This document shows, one piece after another, positions 21,630-32,286 of a stretch of 64,000 nt of DNA. The stretch is from the NCBI GenBank assembly GCA_902779535.1, contig CACZBX010000013.1, forward strand, positions 4,399 to 68,398. Direction: 5' to 3'. This DNA is from an uncultured Bacteroidales bacterium. GTDB taxonomy: Bacteria > Bacteroidota > Bacteroidia > Bacteroidales > Bacteroidaceae. The stretch's first letter is position 1, and the number at the start of each line of letters is the position of its first letter. The translations under genes were made by a program, and so were the position numbers. Under the pieces are notes generated by a model that was not told the origin of the DNA, did no database searches, and saw nothing but the letters and a program-made list of their open reading frames with translations.

Positions 21630-23393
21630 ATGAGAAGAAAGGTATGGGCAGCAATCATTCTTATCTTTTGCTGCATCGGTTCGGTTACATCACAAACCAA
21701 ATGGGTAAACCCGCTTGAGTTAGACGGAGCAATGGTACACGGAAGATGGTGGCATCAGGAACTCAAATCCAATTACCACCGCATGCCCGACCGTGCTGAG
21801 AAAGTCGTTCGGAAAGCCGTTTGGGATCTTTCCAAACAATCGGCAGGTCTTTCGTTGGTCTTTCACACAAACGCTCCCTCGATAAAAGTCAGATATACGG
21901 TCACAGGGGGACTGAACATGTTCCACATGCCGACAACAGGCGTATCAGGATTAGACCTGTATGCGACGGATGCCGATGGCGGACTCCGTTGGTGTGCCAG
22001 CAAGTTCAACTGTTCATTCGGTGATACCATTCATTATGAGTTCAAGGACATTACTTATTTCACGGGAGATAACCGTGGATACGACTACGAACTCTATCTA
22101 CCTCTTTACAACGAGGTGACATGGTTGGAGATTGGTGTACCGGAAGATAGAGATATCCGCTTCAGCCCTGCGTCTAGTGAGAAACCGATTGTCGTTTACG
22201 GCACATCCATTGCACAAGGAGCCTGCGCTTCACGTACTGGCATGGCATGGACGAATATCGTTGAAAGAGAAACCACTTATCCGTTGATCAATCTTGCCTT
22301 CTCGGGCAACGGACAAATGGAAGAAGAAGTTTTCAATCTGTTGGCCGAGATCGATGCAAAGCTGTATATCATCGATTGTCTGCCTAACCTGACAGGTGAA
22401 AAACATCAACTCGTTTACGACCGGTTATTGAAGGGCATCGAAATCCTTCGAGCAAACCATAACTGCCCAATCCTGTTGGTTGAACATAACTATGCAAACA
22501 AACGCAGTTCACAAATTGCCAACGACCTGTTTGGAAATACCAACAAAGAATTACGCAGAGCCTACGAAGCCTTGTTGGCAAAAGGGGTGAAAGACATTTA
22601 TTACCTCAGTAACGAAGAACTTGGATTCTCGCAAGACTCGATGGTAGAAGGTATCCATCCCAACGATATCGGCATGCGGGAGTACGCCAATGCGTATATC
22701 AAGAAGATAAACGAGATATTCCTGGAAGTGGGCTTCGAAAAAGAATGTATCTTCAAGCCTTGCACCCAACAAAGAGACTGGTACGACTGGAGAGGCAGAC
22801 ACGAACTCATGCTGAAACGGAACCGTGAGGAGGCACCACAAATTGTCTTGATCGGAAACTCCATCACACATTTCTGGACCGATGATGCACGGAAGTCCGA
22901 AAAACAGGCGAAAGCCAACCGAAAGAGTTGGGACAAACTGTTCAAAGGATTAATCGTACACAATCAAGGATTCGGCTGGGACCGCATCGAGAACGGGTTA
23001 TGGCGAATCGCACATGGCGAACTCGATGGCTTTGACGCAGAAAAAATCTTCCTTCTGCTTGGAACGAACAATTTCTATAGCAATACGCCAGAGGAGATTG
23101 CCGACGGCATGATGTTACTAATCAAAGCCGTAAAGAAACATCAGCCTCATGCAAAGATCTATCAAGTAGGTGTGATGCCAAGAAGAGACGGTGAAGAGAA
23201 GATAAAGGCCATCAACGAACTGGTCAAAAAGCGTCTTGAAGGAACAGATGTCACCTATGTTGAGATGTCGACTGGATTTCTTGACGAGAACGGGAAACTG
23301 ATAGAATCACTCTTTGCGGGCGACGGACTGCATCCCAACGAAAAAGGATATGCCGTTGAAGCAAAGAACTTAGAGAAATACGTAAAGGAATAA
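21630..23393 (+). CDS. Two-domain SGNH/GDSL esterase (GxDLY N-terminal domain plus two SGNH domains)
   Basis: Signal peptide from MRRKV, SGLDLY, YGTSIAQG, GIHPND, second domain IGNSITH...GTNN...DGLHPN. Confidence 0.88.
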   Translation: MRRKVWAAIILIFCCIGSVTSQTKWVNPLELDGAMVHGRWWHQELKSNYHRMPDRAEKVVRKAVWDLSKQSAGLSLVFHTNAPSIKVRYTVTGGLNMFHMPTTGVSGLDLYATDADGGLRWCASKFNCSFGDTIHYEFKDITYFTGDNRGYDYELYLPLYNEVTWLEIGVPEDRDIRFSPASSEKPIVVYGTSIAQGACASRTGMAWTNIVERETTYPLINLAFSGNGQMEEEVFNLLAEIDAKLYIIDCLPNLTGEKHQLVYDRLLKGIEILRANHNCPILLVEHNYANKRSSQIANDLFGNTNKELRRAYEALLAKGVKDIYYLSNEELGFSQDSMVEGIHPNDIGMREYANAYIKKINEIFLEVGFEKECIFKPCTQQRDWYDWRGRHELMLKRNREEAPQIVLIGNSITHFWTDDARKSEKQAKANRKSWDKLFKGLIVHNQGFGWDRIENGLWRIAHGELDGFDAEKIFLLLGTNNFYSNTPEEIADGMMLLIKAVKKHQPHAKIYQVGVMPRRDGEEKIKAINELVKKRLEGTDVTYVEMSTGFLDENGKLIESLFAGDGLHPNEKGYAVEAKNLEKYVKE

Positions 23394-23430
23394 AGGCTAT
23401 TACTCATTGTATCATAAAAACATCAATAAT

Positions 23431-24498
23431 ATGGAAGAAGTAAGCTCTTCAAAGACCATAAGTCGTAGGACTTTTCTGAAAAGCACGGCCGCTTTAGGTA
23501 TTGGAGGAATCACCGGTTCCCTTCCCTACCAGTCATGGGCAAAGAGTTCATCGACTAATGCGACAAAGAACCAGACGTTCAAGTTCAAGAACGGTAAATT
23601 CAAAGTACTACAATTCACCGACACCCATTATGTAGCTGGAGATCCCCGATCAGAACGTGCTCTGAAAAATGTAAACCAGATGTTGGATATCGAAAAGCCT
23701 GACTTAGTGATCCACACCGGTGATGTCATTTTCGGGAAATCGGCCGAGCAATCACTGCGTGAAATACTCGGCCCGATGGTCGACCGGAAGATCCCGTTCG
23801 CTGTCGCATTGGGAAATCACGATGGTCAGTTCGACAAGAACAGAAGAGAGGTCACCGATATTATTCGCTCGATTCCTTATAACATAAACATTGGTGTAGA
23901 AGAAATCTATGGTGATACCAACGATATCATCACCATAGAATCGGAAAAAGACAACACCACAAAGTGGGTTTTCTATCTTTTCGACTCAGGTGATTCGTTG
24001 AAAGAACCAACATACGAAGGATACGATTACATACGCTTTGACCAGATTGAGTGGTATCGTCAACATAGCAACGAGTTTACAAAGAAGAACAACGGGAAGC
24101 CTGTTCCTTCCATAGCTTTCTTCCATATTCCTCTCCAGGAATTCACCTACGGATTGCGTTACGACACCAAACGGATCTTGAAGGGTAACTTCGGAGAAGA
24201 GCCTTGTCCACCAAACATAAACTCCGGACTATACTCCATCATGCGAGAGCAACAAGATGTTCAAGCCATCGTTTGTGGGCATGATCACGACAATGACTAT
24301 GCCATGAAATGGAGAGGAATGTTCTTTATCTACGGACGTTTCAGTGGATGCGATATTGTATATAACAATCTCAAGCCCAATGGTGCCCGCATCTTTGAGT
24401 TCACAGAAGGCGTGGAAGGCTTCCAATCATGGATTCGTGAGTACGGAGGTAAGATCTCTCAAGATTTAAAGTTCCCTGAAGACTTCAGGACCTATTAA
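23431..24498 (+). CDS. Calcineurin-like metallophosphoesterase (Dcr2-like) with Tat signal
   Basis: SRRTFLK twin-arginine motif; DTH, GD, GNHD, HIP, GHDH metal motifs. Confidence 0.88.
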   Translation: MEEVSSSKTISRRTFLKSTAALGIGGITGSLPYQSWAKSSSTNATKNQTFKFKNGKFKVLQFTDTHYVAGDPRSERALKNVNQMLDIEKPDLVIHTGDVIFGKSAEQSLREILGPMVDRKIPFAVALGNHDGQFDKNRREVTDIIRSIPYNINIGVEEIYGDTNDIITIESEKDNTTKWVFYLFDSGDSLKEPTYEGYDYIRFDQIEWYRQHSNEFTKKNNGKPVPSIAFFHIPLQEFTYGLRYDTKRILKGNFGEEPCPPNINSGLYSIMREQQDVQAIVCGHDHDNDYAMKWRGMFFIYGRFSGCDIVYNNLKPNGARIFEFTEGVEGFQSWIREYGGKISQDLKFPEDFRTY

Positions 24499-24539
24499 AT
24501 TTGACAAAATAGTATATTTGCATACCAAAGCATAAACGC

Positions 24540-25030
24540 ATGGAGAACGACACGACCTATCAATATCAAGTTGCAGACTTGACTTTCGAGCTGAAGTTAG
24601 CCAAAGAAGATAGTTTGAATCAGCATCTTTCGAACTATGAACCATTCGTACGGACCAACACAAGGAAGTCATCTTCCGCCTGACGGTTTGTCCGGATCAA
24701 GCTGAAATGATCGATTTGTCTCATTATACCGAGACCATCAGTTTCGAAGAAGAGACTCAGCACTTCAGCATATATAAATCAGCAGATACGAATGATACCA
24801 TCATCGTCATGACATTATCACATGCGAAAAGTTGTACAGCCTATTTGCAAATTCAAGAGGATTACTCCAACGGCAGCCTATCTGTTAGGGGTAGCTCGGC
24901 GTTCAGATACTATTCCATGAACAACTCACTCATGATGATGTTTGCCTTTGCCAGTGCTCCACACAATATGCTTCTGCAACACTCTTCCGTCATCGTTCAC
25001 AAAGGGAAAGGATATCTTTTCCTTGGTAAA
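24540..25030 (+). pseudogene. HprK-like P-loop kinase, frameshifted and truncated
   Basis: ATG 24540 behind a TATATTTG promoter box; -1 frameshift near 24650; ends in LLQHSSVIVHKGKGYLFLGK, where the Walker A (GxSGxGKST) should continue. Confidence 0.7.
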
Positions 25031-26078
25031 AAGCGTTCTACAAGAGAACCTGCAACACCGCATTGTCATCCAGACCATGGAGCAAAGCGAAAACATGACC
25101 GACAAGTTGGATAACCTGCAGCAAACACTATACGGCCAGACCATGAGTCGTACTAGATTCTCCACATTCTCCCGCTCTATGGTCTCGGCAGGCTTCTCCA
25201 TCGGTTACCTCACTGTTTTTATCTGGAGTATCTTCCAATTAAAGTCGGGCGATATCACCTACGGTATCATGAGTGCTTTCCTGCAACTTGTAAACCAAAT
25301 CCAACGACCGACTGTAGATCTTACTCGTCTGATTCCTAAGTTCGTCCACGCCACGACATCTATCGACCGATTACACGAGCTCGAGGAGTACCCCAGTGAA
25401 GATGTAAAGAAACGACATTGGCTGGATGGGAAAGTTGGCATCCGTATGCAAGATGTTACTTACCGCTATGACGAAAGCAGCAGAAATATCTTACGAAACT
25501 TCTCACACGACTTCCTTCCAGGTAGTCGAACAGCCATCATGGGTGAGACAGGAGCCGGGAAAAGTACGACATTTAGGCTGATACTTTCTATCCTTCAACC
25601 CAACGAAGGACAAATCGAACTGTATAACGAACACGAACAGATCCCAACAAATGCCGAAAGCCGATGCAACATCGTATACGTACCACAAGGGAACTCGTTA
25701 TTAAGTGGTACCATCCGAGATAACCTGTTGTTGGGAGATCCAAACGCTACCGACGAAGAACTCTATCAAGTATTACATACCACTGCTGCTGACTTTGTAA
25801 AAGATCTCCCTTTAGGCTTAGATAGCCTGTGCAGGGAACGTGGTACAGGGCTGAGCGAAGGACAAGCCCAACGGATAGCCATTGCCAGAGGATTACTTCG
25901 TAAAGGCAGTATTCTTTTAATGGATGAGTTCAGTTCGTCCTTGGACAAAGAGACCGAAAAAATATTAATGCAACGACTGCTTGAAAACTATCCAGATAAA
26001 ACTATGCTCTTCATCACTCACCACGAGGTGATAGCAAACTATTGTACGGATATTGTCAAGTTGGAAAGAAAACTCTAA
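25026..26078 (+). pseudogene. ABC exporter remnant lacking most of its N-terminal TM region
   Basis: Resemblance starts abruptly at SVLQENLQHRIVIQTME; only the last TM helices remain; GETGAGKST, LSEGQAQR, LMDEFSSSLD present. Confidence 0.75.
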
Positions 26079-26083
26079 ACAAT

Positions 26084-26854
26084 TTATTTTTCAAAATAGA
26101 AAGCATCTGCATCCTTCCATGTTGGGAAACGTTTGCGGAAAACATTCTGCCGTTGTAAGTCTAAGTTTGCCGTTATGACACATTCTGTCTGCTGGTCTGC
26201 TTCTACAATAGTCTGCCCATAGGCATCAATCACGGCACTGTATCCGTTGTAATCTGTTACCTGATCCTTCCCCACCCGATTGGCAGCCAGTACAAAACAC
26301 TGGTTTTCGATGGCACGGGCACGAATCAATGTTCGCCAAGCCTCCACACGTAAGGCAGGAAAATTAGCGACATAGATAATTGCATCATAATCGCCTTTAC
26401 AGCGAGAGAATACAGGGAAACGAATGTCATAGCAAACCTGCAGTAAGAATCGAAAGCCGTGATACGATACAACAACTCGCCCATCTCCTGCACCAAAATA
26501 CTTATCCTCATGTCCATACGAAAACAGATGGTGCTTATCGTATGTACAGACCTGCCCGTCAGGTTGAACAAAAAAGAATCGATTGAAACGCCGACCGTCG
26601 TCCAACTGAGATGCCACGCTCCCTGCCATAGCCATCTGGTATTGGTTTGACATCCGAGCCATCCAAGACATCGTCTCTCCATCATCGCAGACAATCATTC
26701 CGTTCTGCTTCTTCGTGCAGAACCCAGTCGTGAACATTTCAGGCAAGACAAACAAATCACATCCTTTCATGTGCGGAAGCACCGACTCTATCTTCTTCCT
26801 ATTGCCCGCAGGGTCAGAAAGAAGAACATCCTGTTGAAATAAGGATACGATCAT
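26084..26854 (-). CDS. Nitrilase-superfamily amidohydrolase (omega-amidase YafV-like)
   Basis: LPEMFTTGF, YDKHHLF, VCYDIRFP, RARAIENQ (E-K-C triad). Confidence 0.92.
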   Translation of the reverse strand: MIVSLFQQDVLLSDPAGNRKKIESVLPHMKGCDLFVLPEMFTTGFCTKKQNGMIVCDDGETMSWMARMSNQYQMAMAGSVASQLDDGRRFNRFFFVQPDGQVCTYDKHHLFSYGHEDKYFGAGDGRVVVSYHGFRFLLQVCYDIRFPVFSRCKGDYDAIIYVANFPALRVEAWRTLIRARAIENQCFVLAANRVGKDQVTDYNGYSAVIDAYGQTIVEADQQTECVITANLDLQRQNVFRKRFPTWKDADAFYFEK

Positions 26855-26855
26855 A

Positions 26856-29708
26856 TCAATAGGAGAAATTATCCAAACCTTTCACTCCCTGCTGCACAAC
26901 AGGCGAACTGAACAAAGCCGCTAACTGAGAAGCATCCAACTGATAATTTGGGTTGAATGAATCCGAACTCATATAGTGCAGAACGCTCTCGTAAAGGGCC
27001 TTCCCCTCCGGATAGTCCAGAAGAGTCTCAAGGTCGGCCATACAAACCAACAGTTTTCCTTGTCCAACAGCAAACTCAAAGATTAATCCCAACTTATGAT
27101 TCCGCTCGATATTGTCAATGACTTGAACGAGTGGTTTGTAGTTCTTACCTAATCGATCCAGAATCAACGGACGACTTGCCTTGACGATGGGGAACCACTG
27201 CCAGTTAGTATGTTGATCGGTCGGGAATAACCGGAACAACTCCAATGAAGGATCTGTCAGGATACCCAAAGTACCAGGAGATACTTCTTTCCCCAGACGC
27301 TCACTCACCGTCTTGAACATGCGGTAATTCCAATAATCAGTCTGGAACAATCCACCGACAGTAATATCCTTATACTTTTGTTTATCCGGCATGAACAAGA
27401 CTTTTCCGCCATTTACCAAACCAACCAACGTACTCTGGTCCAATGAATGTGTAATGCGAATATCATCCGGTACGGTCAACTTATGATTCAAGTCGTATAC
27501 CCAGATTGGATAACTGTTTTGATAATCCGTACCGTCGATTTGGAGCGACAACATACATTTCTCTGATTGTTGAACACCTGTAATCTTTGGTCTAATCGTA
27601 CCTACACTTGTTAACGCTCCTTGTTGGGCATTAACAGGCATTGTTCCCTCATCCAGCACGTTTCCGGTAGCCGACATAAGTTTCCACGACAGTTGTTTGT
27701 CCTTCAGTGCTGTGGCAGAATAATTTGCTATCTTCACTTCCGCCTTTACATCCTCGTTCTTGGCAAAGGTAAACCGAGCGATCTCCAACAAAGGCACAAC
27801 TTCACTGCAGAATTCTCGCCATTTTGCCGGTTCAATCAATCCTTTACTATCCATGAAAGCGTCTAGGATGCCTACGTATGCAGAGCCTTGTCCCGGATAA
27901 TCCTGCAGGTCGAGCAATTGAAAACCAGCCATCTTTCTTGTCCGAAGATCCATTTCGATGTCTGCACGATACAACTCGACTGCCCATTTTCCGGAAGCGA
28001 CGAAGAAATCGTATGCCTGATCAGCCATGCCTGCTTGTTCTAACCGTTTCTTAAACACCTCTAGGTTCCATGGCTTCAGGTTGCCTGTATATTTCTTCAG
28101 TTGATCATAATCAGGATAAATCTGGAACTGTCCGGTCTCATGGCTAATGACAGGAACATCGCTTTGACGAACCGCCGTGTCGAAATTCATCGTGGTATTC
28201 GGATAGAGCGTATTGATATATCCACCTTCATCAACATCGGCAAAAGAGAAAGAACCTCTGGTATGTGTTGCCAAACTATTATCACCTGGAACACGACAGG
28301 TGGTAAAGTAATCATCCCATTCGTTATACCCCTTATAACCTAAATAATTGTTTGATCCGGATGTGTATAAGTGTCGGTTTTCTTGTTCACGGAAGGCATT
28401 TACCAGTTTTCCGAATACACTCGCCTCGCCCGACAACTCGTTTCCCAAGCCCATCATCACAAAGGAAGCATGATTGGAATATGCCTGCTGGATATTCATT
28501 CCCTCTTTCATCAGGAATTGATTGAGTACGGTATCCTTTTCGGTCAGACTTCCCCATATTGGAAGTTCCGGCTGCAAGTAGATTCCCTCCAAATCGGCAG
28601 CTTCAAAACAAGCTTCTGGCGGGCACCATGAATGGAATCGATAGTGATTGATGCCATAATCCTTTGCCACCTTGAAATAATGTCTCCATGTATCTACATC
28701 CATGGCCACATAACCTGTCAAAGGGAAGACACATGCGTCATGCTTTCCTCGCAGATAAGTTGTCAAGCCATTGATCGTAAACTGTTTTTCCTTGACCTGA
28801 AAGTCACGGATTCCAAAGGTTGTCGTACACTGATCTTTGATTTTTTCGCCCTTCACCGTGATTTTCATCTTATAAAGATTCGGTTCAAACTCGCTCCACA
28901 TCAGGAAATCATCTCCTAACGGGAAGTCGATAGCAACAGACCTGTCTCTTAGAAGAGCCTCATGCTGCCAATGTATCTGACTTCTTTTATCCGAATTAAA
29001 AGATTTTGCAGCCAGTGTCACATAGATAGACTGATTCAGCTTCGGTACCATGTTCAGCGTTAGTTTCAACGTTCCTTTTTGTTCGGAAGGATACGTATAG
29101 ACCTGAACATCTTCGATATATACCTGAGGTTTTGCCTCCAGTGTGATCTTTCCGATGATACCGTTCCAATTGGTCTGAGTAGACTCTGTATAGGCATGCG
29201 AGTTTGCAATGACTTGTTTAGGCACAGACGCTCCGTTATCGATTAATACCGTAATCTTATGTGTACCCGGGGTCATAGCTGCACTTAAGTCGTACACCTG
29301 TTTCGTCGAAATATCATCCGAAGAGCCGATATAAGTATTATCCACCCAAACTTGCGCGGGCTTTGTCCGCTCAAGCGTCAAGAGAATGGATTTATTCTTC
29401 CAGTTTACAGGAATCTCAACGGATTTACTATACCAAGCCTTTCCTACATAATAGTATTCCCGTGAAAGATAAGATGTTTCCTCTTTATTCAGGTTTTTGT
29501 TTCCTTTCTGATTTGAATCGATTGTTCCGGGTAAGACGATTGTTTCTTTCAGCGGAGAAGAGTACCAATGCTGCTCCTGCCCGACATTGAGGGAATCTAA
29601 TTGGAACTCCCAAGTTCCCGACAGGTCGATAAGTCCGCCTGTTTCCTGCTTACACGAATAAAACAAACTAATAACAAAAGAAAGACTGATAAAGATATAT
29701 TTTTTCAT
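26856..29708 (-). CDS. Glycoside hydrolase family 2 lipoprotein
   Basis: Lipobox FYS-C, IDLSGTWEF sugar-binding domain, FGIRDF, RFHSWCPP, GNEL acid/base, SHETGQ nucleophile region. Confidence 0.88.
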   Translation of the reverse strand: MKKYIFISLSFVISLFYSCKQETGGLIDLSGTWEFQLDSLNVGQEQHWYSSPLKETIVLPGTIDSNQKGNKNLNKEETSYLSREYYYVGKAWYSKSVEIPVNWKNKSILLTLERTKPAQVWVDNTYIGSSDDISTKQVYDLSAAMTPGTHKITVLIDNGASVPKQVIANSHAYTESTQTNWNGIIGKITLEAKPQVYIEDVQVYTYPSEQKGTLKLTLNMVPKLNQSIYVTLAAKSFNSDKRSQIHWQHEALLRDRSVAIDFPLGDDFLMWSEFEPNLYKMKITVKGEKIKDQCTTTFGIRDFQVKEKQFTINGLTTYLRGKHDACVFPLTGYVAMDVDTWRHYFKVAKDYGINHYRFHSWCPPEACFEAADLEGIYLQPELPIWGSLTEKDTVLNQFLMKEGMNIQQAYSNHASFVMMGLGNELSGEASVFGKLVNAFREQENRHLYTSGSNNYLGYKGYNEWDDYFTTCRVPGDNSLATHTRGSFSFADVDEGGYINTLYPNTTMNFDTAVRQSDVPVISHETGQFQIYPDYDQLKKYTGNLKPWNLEVFKKRLEQAGMADQAYDFFVASGKWAVELYRADIEMDLRTRKMAGFQLLDLQDYPGQGSAYVGILDAFMDSKGLIEPAKWREFCSEVVPLLEIARFTFAKNEDVKAEVKIANYSATALKDKQLSWKLMSATGNVLDEGTMPVNAQQGALTSVGTIRPKITGVQQSEKCMLSLQIDGTDYQNSYPIWVYDLNHKLTVPDDIRITHSLDQSTLVGLVNGGKVLFMPDKQKYKDITVGGLFQTDYWNYRMFKTVSERLGKEVSPGTLGILTDPSLELFRLFPTDQHTNWQWFPIVKASRPLILDRLGKNYKPLVQVIDNIERNHKLGLIFEFAVGQGKLLVCMADLETLLDYPEGKALYESVLHYMSSDSFNPNYQLDASQLAALFSSPVVQQGVKGLDNFSY

Positions 29709-29968
29709 TTCTCAAAAGATAAAACCAACTCTGTAAAATTGGGAATAATCTTTCGATTGTGCAAATGAAAAAGAAAAAATCGAATGACAAGGACGAGAAC
29801 GTTAATTAGAACGAAAACAAGTCTCTTCCTTTCTCCAGATTCTAAACACTGAACCCTAAACCCATCATCAATATTTGAACTCAAAAATTTGATATTCCTA
29901 AAATAACTCCTTATCTTTGTTCCAAACGGTTTGACCGTTATTCTTAATTATTAATTTGAATATAAGAA

Positions 29969-31162
29969 ATGGGTAGAGTATTAATTATCGGAGCAGGCGG
30001 CGTTGCAACCGTTGCCGCACACAAGGTTGCTCAGAATCCGGATGTATTCACTGACGTTATGATTGCGAGTCGTACGAAAGCGAAGTGTGATGCGATCGTA
30101 AAAGCCATTGGTAATCCAGCCATCAAGACAGCAAAGGTTGATGCCGACAACGTGGAAGAGTTGGTACAACTGATGGATAGCTTTAAACCAGACATTGTCA
30201 TTAACCTAGCACTTCCTTATCAGGACTTGACGATTATGGAAGCCTGCCTGAGATGTGGCGTCAACTATGAAGATACAGCCAATTACGAGCCCAAAGATGT
30301 GGCTCACTTTGAGTATAGTTGGCAATGGGCTTACAAGAAACGCTTTGAGGATGCTGGCTTGACCGCCATTCTTGGATGTGGTTTCGACCCGGGCGTGAGT
30401 GGCGTTTATACCGCTTATGCAGCAAAACACCACTTCGATGAGATTCAGTACTTGGATATCGTCGATTGTAACGCAGGTAATCACCATAAAGCATTTGCAA
30501 CCAACTTCAACCCAGAAATAAATATCCGGGAGATTACTCAAAAGGGACAGTATTATGAGAATGGACAGTGGATTGAAACAGAGCCATTGGAGATTCATAA
30601 GCCTTTGACCTATCCAAATATCGGACCACGTGAAAGCTATCTGTTACACCACGAAGAACTGGAATCGCTTGTGAAGAACTATCCAACCATTAAGAGAGCA
30701 CGCTTCTGGATGACTTTCGGTCAAGAATACCTGACTCACCTTCGTGTTATTCAAAACATTGGCATGGCCAGCATCGAACCGATTAATTATAATGGTATGG
30801 AGATTGTTCCGCTTCAGTTCCTAAAAGCAGTTCTTCCAAATCCGCAGGATCTGGGTAAGAACTATGAAGGAGAGACATCCATTGGTTGCCGTATCCGTGG
30901 TTTGAAAGATGGAAAAGAACGTACCTATTATGTATACAATAATTGCAGCCATCAAGCAGCATTCGAGGAGACCGGTATGCAAGGCGTAAGCTATACGACC
31001 GGTGTTCCTGCAATGATCGGAGCCATGATGTTCCTGAAAGGTATTTGGAAGAAACCGGGCGTATGGAACGTCGAAGATTTCGATCCAGATCCATTCATGG
31101 AACAGCTGAACAAACAAGGTCTTCCATGGCATGAAGTATTTGATGGAGATTTGGAATTATAA
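29969..31162 (+). CDS. Saccharopine dehydrogenase family / carboxy(nor)spermidine dehydrogenase
   Basis: IIGAGGVA, DTANYEP, GCGFDPG, FATNFNPEINIRE, VSYTTGVP. Confidence 0.93.
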   Translation: MGRVLIIGAGGVATVAAHKVAQNPDVFTDVMIASRTKAKCDAIVKAIGNPAIKTAKVDADNVEELVQLMDSFKPDIVINLALPYQDLTIMEACLRCGVNYEDTANYEPKDVAHFEYSWQWAYKKRFEDAGLTAILGCGFDPGVSGVYTAYAAKHHFDEIQYLDIVDCNAGNHHKAFATNFNPEINIREITQKGQYYENGQWIETEPLEIHKPLTYPNIGPRESYLLHHEELESLVKNYPTIKRARFWMTFGQEYLTHLRVIQNIGMASIEPINYNGMEIVPLQFLKAVLPNPQDLGKNYEGETSIGCRIRGLKDGKERTYYVYNNCSHQAAFEETGMQGVSYTTGVPAMIGAMMFLKGIWKKPGVWNVEDFDPDPFMEQLNKQGLPWHEVFDGDLEL

Positions 31163-31184
31163 ACTAACTATTCAATAATCATTT

Positions 31185-32213
31185 ATGGCTAAAAAAGAAG
31201 AATTAGAGAATAACATGGGCGGCGCATCTGAGAAGTTGAAGGCGTTGCAGGCCGCAATGGACAAGATCGAAAAGAATTTCGGTAAAGGGTCCATCATGAA
31301 ATTAGGCGATAATAATGTAGAACAAGTTGATGTCATCCCGACAGGGTCAATCTCACTGAACGCTGCCTTAGGTGTTGGTGGTTTCCCAAAAGGACGTATC
31401 ATCGAGATATACGGACCAGAGTCATCTGGAAAGACAACGTTGGCCATCCATGCCATTGCTGAAGCTCAGAAGCGCGGTGGTATCGCTGCCTTTATCGACG
31501 CTGAGCATGCTTTCGACCGTTTCTATGCAGCTAAGCTTGGCGTAGATGTGGACAACTTATGGATTTCTCAACCTGACAACGGTGAACAAGCTTTAGAAAT
31601 CGCAGAACAACTGATCCGTTCGTCAGCTATCGATATCATCGTCATCGACTCTGTGGCTGCATTGACCCCCAAAGCAGAGATCGAAGGTGACATGGGCGAT
31701 AATAAGGTGGGATTGCATGCACGACTGATGTCGCAAGCACTCCGTAAGATGACCGCCGCTATCAGCAAGACCAACACAACCTGTATCTTTATTAACCAAT
31801 TACGTGAGAAGATTGGTATCATGTTTGGTAATCCCGAAACAACGACCGGTGGTAATGCCTTGAAATTCTACGCATCGGTCCGCTTAGATATCCGTAGCAT
31901 CGGAAAGATCAAAGATGGCGATGAGGTAATTGGTAATCAGGTTCGTGTAAAGATTGTCAAGAACAAAGTCGCTCCTCCTTTCCGCAAGGCTGAATTCGAC
32001 ATTATGTTTGGAGAAGGTATATCGAAGTCGGGCGAAATTGTCGACTTAGGTGTAGAATTAGGTATCATCAAGAAGAGTGGTTCATGGTTCAGCTACAATG
32101 ACACCAAGTTAGCACAAGGACGCGATGCTGCCAAGAAGGTTATCGAAGACAATCCGGAACTTTCAGAAGAGCTGGAAGGATTAATCTTCGAAGCATTGAA
32201 GGATAAAGAATAA
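31185..32213 (+). CDS. recA: Recombinase A
   Basis: [37 protein letters not shown]. Confidence 0.99.
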   Translation: MAKKEELENNMGGASEKLKALQAAMDKIEKNFGKGSIMKLGDNNVEQVDVIPTGSISLNAALGVGGFPKGRIIEIYGPESSGKTTLAIHAIAEAQKRGGIAAFIDAEHAFDRFYAAKLGVDVDNLWISQPDNGEQALEIAEQLIRSSAIDIIVIDSVAALTPKAEIEGDMGDNKVGLHARLMSQALRKMTAAISKTNTTCIFINQLREKIGIMFGNPETTTGGNALKFYASVRLDIRSIGKIKDGDEVIGNQVRVKIVKNKVAPPFRKAEFDIMFGEGISKSGEIVDLGVELGIIKKSGSWFSYNDTKLAQGRDAAKKVIEDNPELSEELEGLIFEALKDKE

Positions 32214-32231
32214 CGAATAGTCAACAACAAT

Positions 32232-32276
32232 AAGAACATAAGGAGATGGAGTGTTCCTTCCTTATGTTCTTTTTTA
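32232..32276 (+). terminator. recA terminator
   Basis: AAGAACATAAGGA...TCCTTATGTTCTT followed by T-run. Confidence 0.8.
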
Positions 32277-32286
32277 TTTATCTCCT

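Noticed and set aside
24942-25025. Track ORF start for a 378-aa ABC protein
   Set aside because: The first 28 codons are the off-frame reading of the kinase remnant
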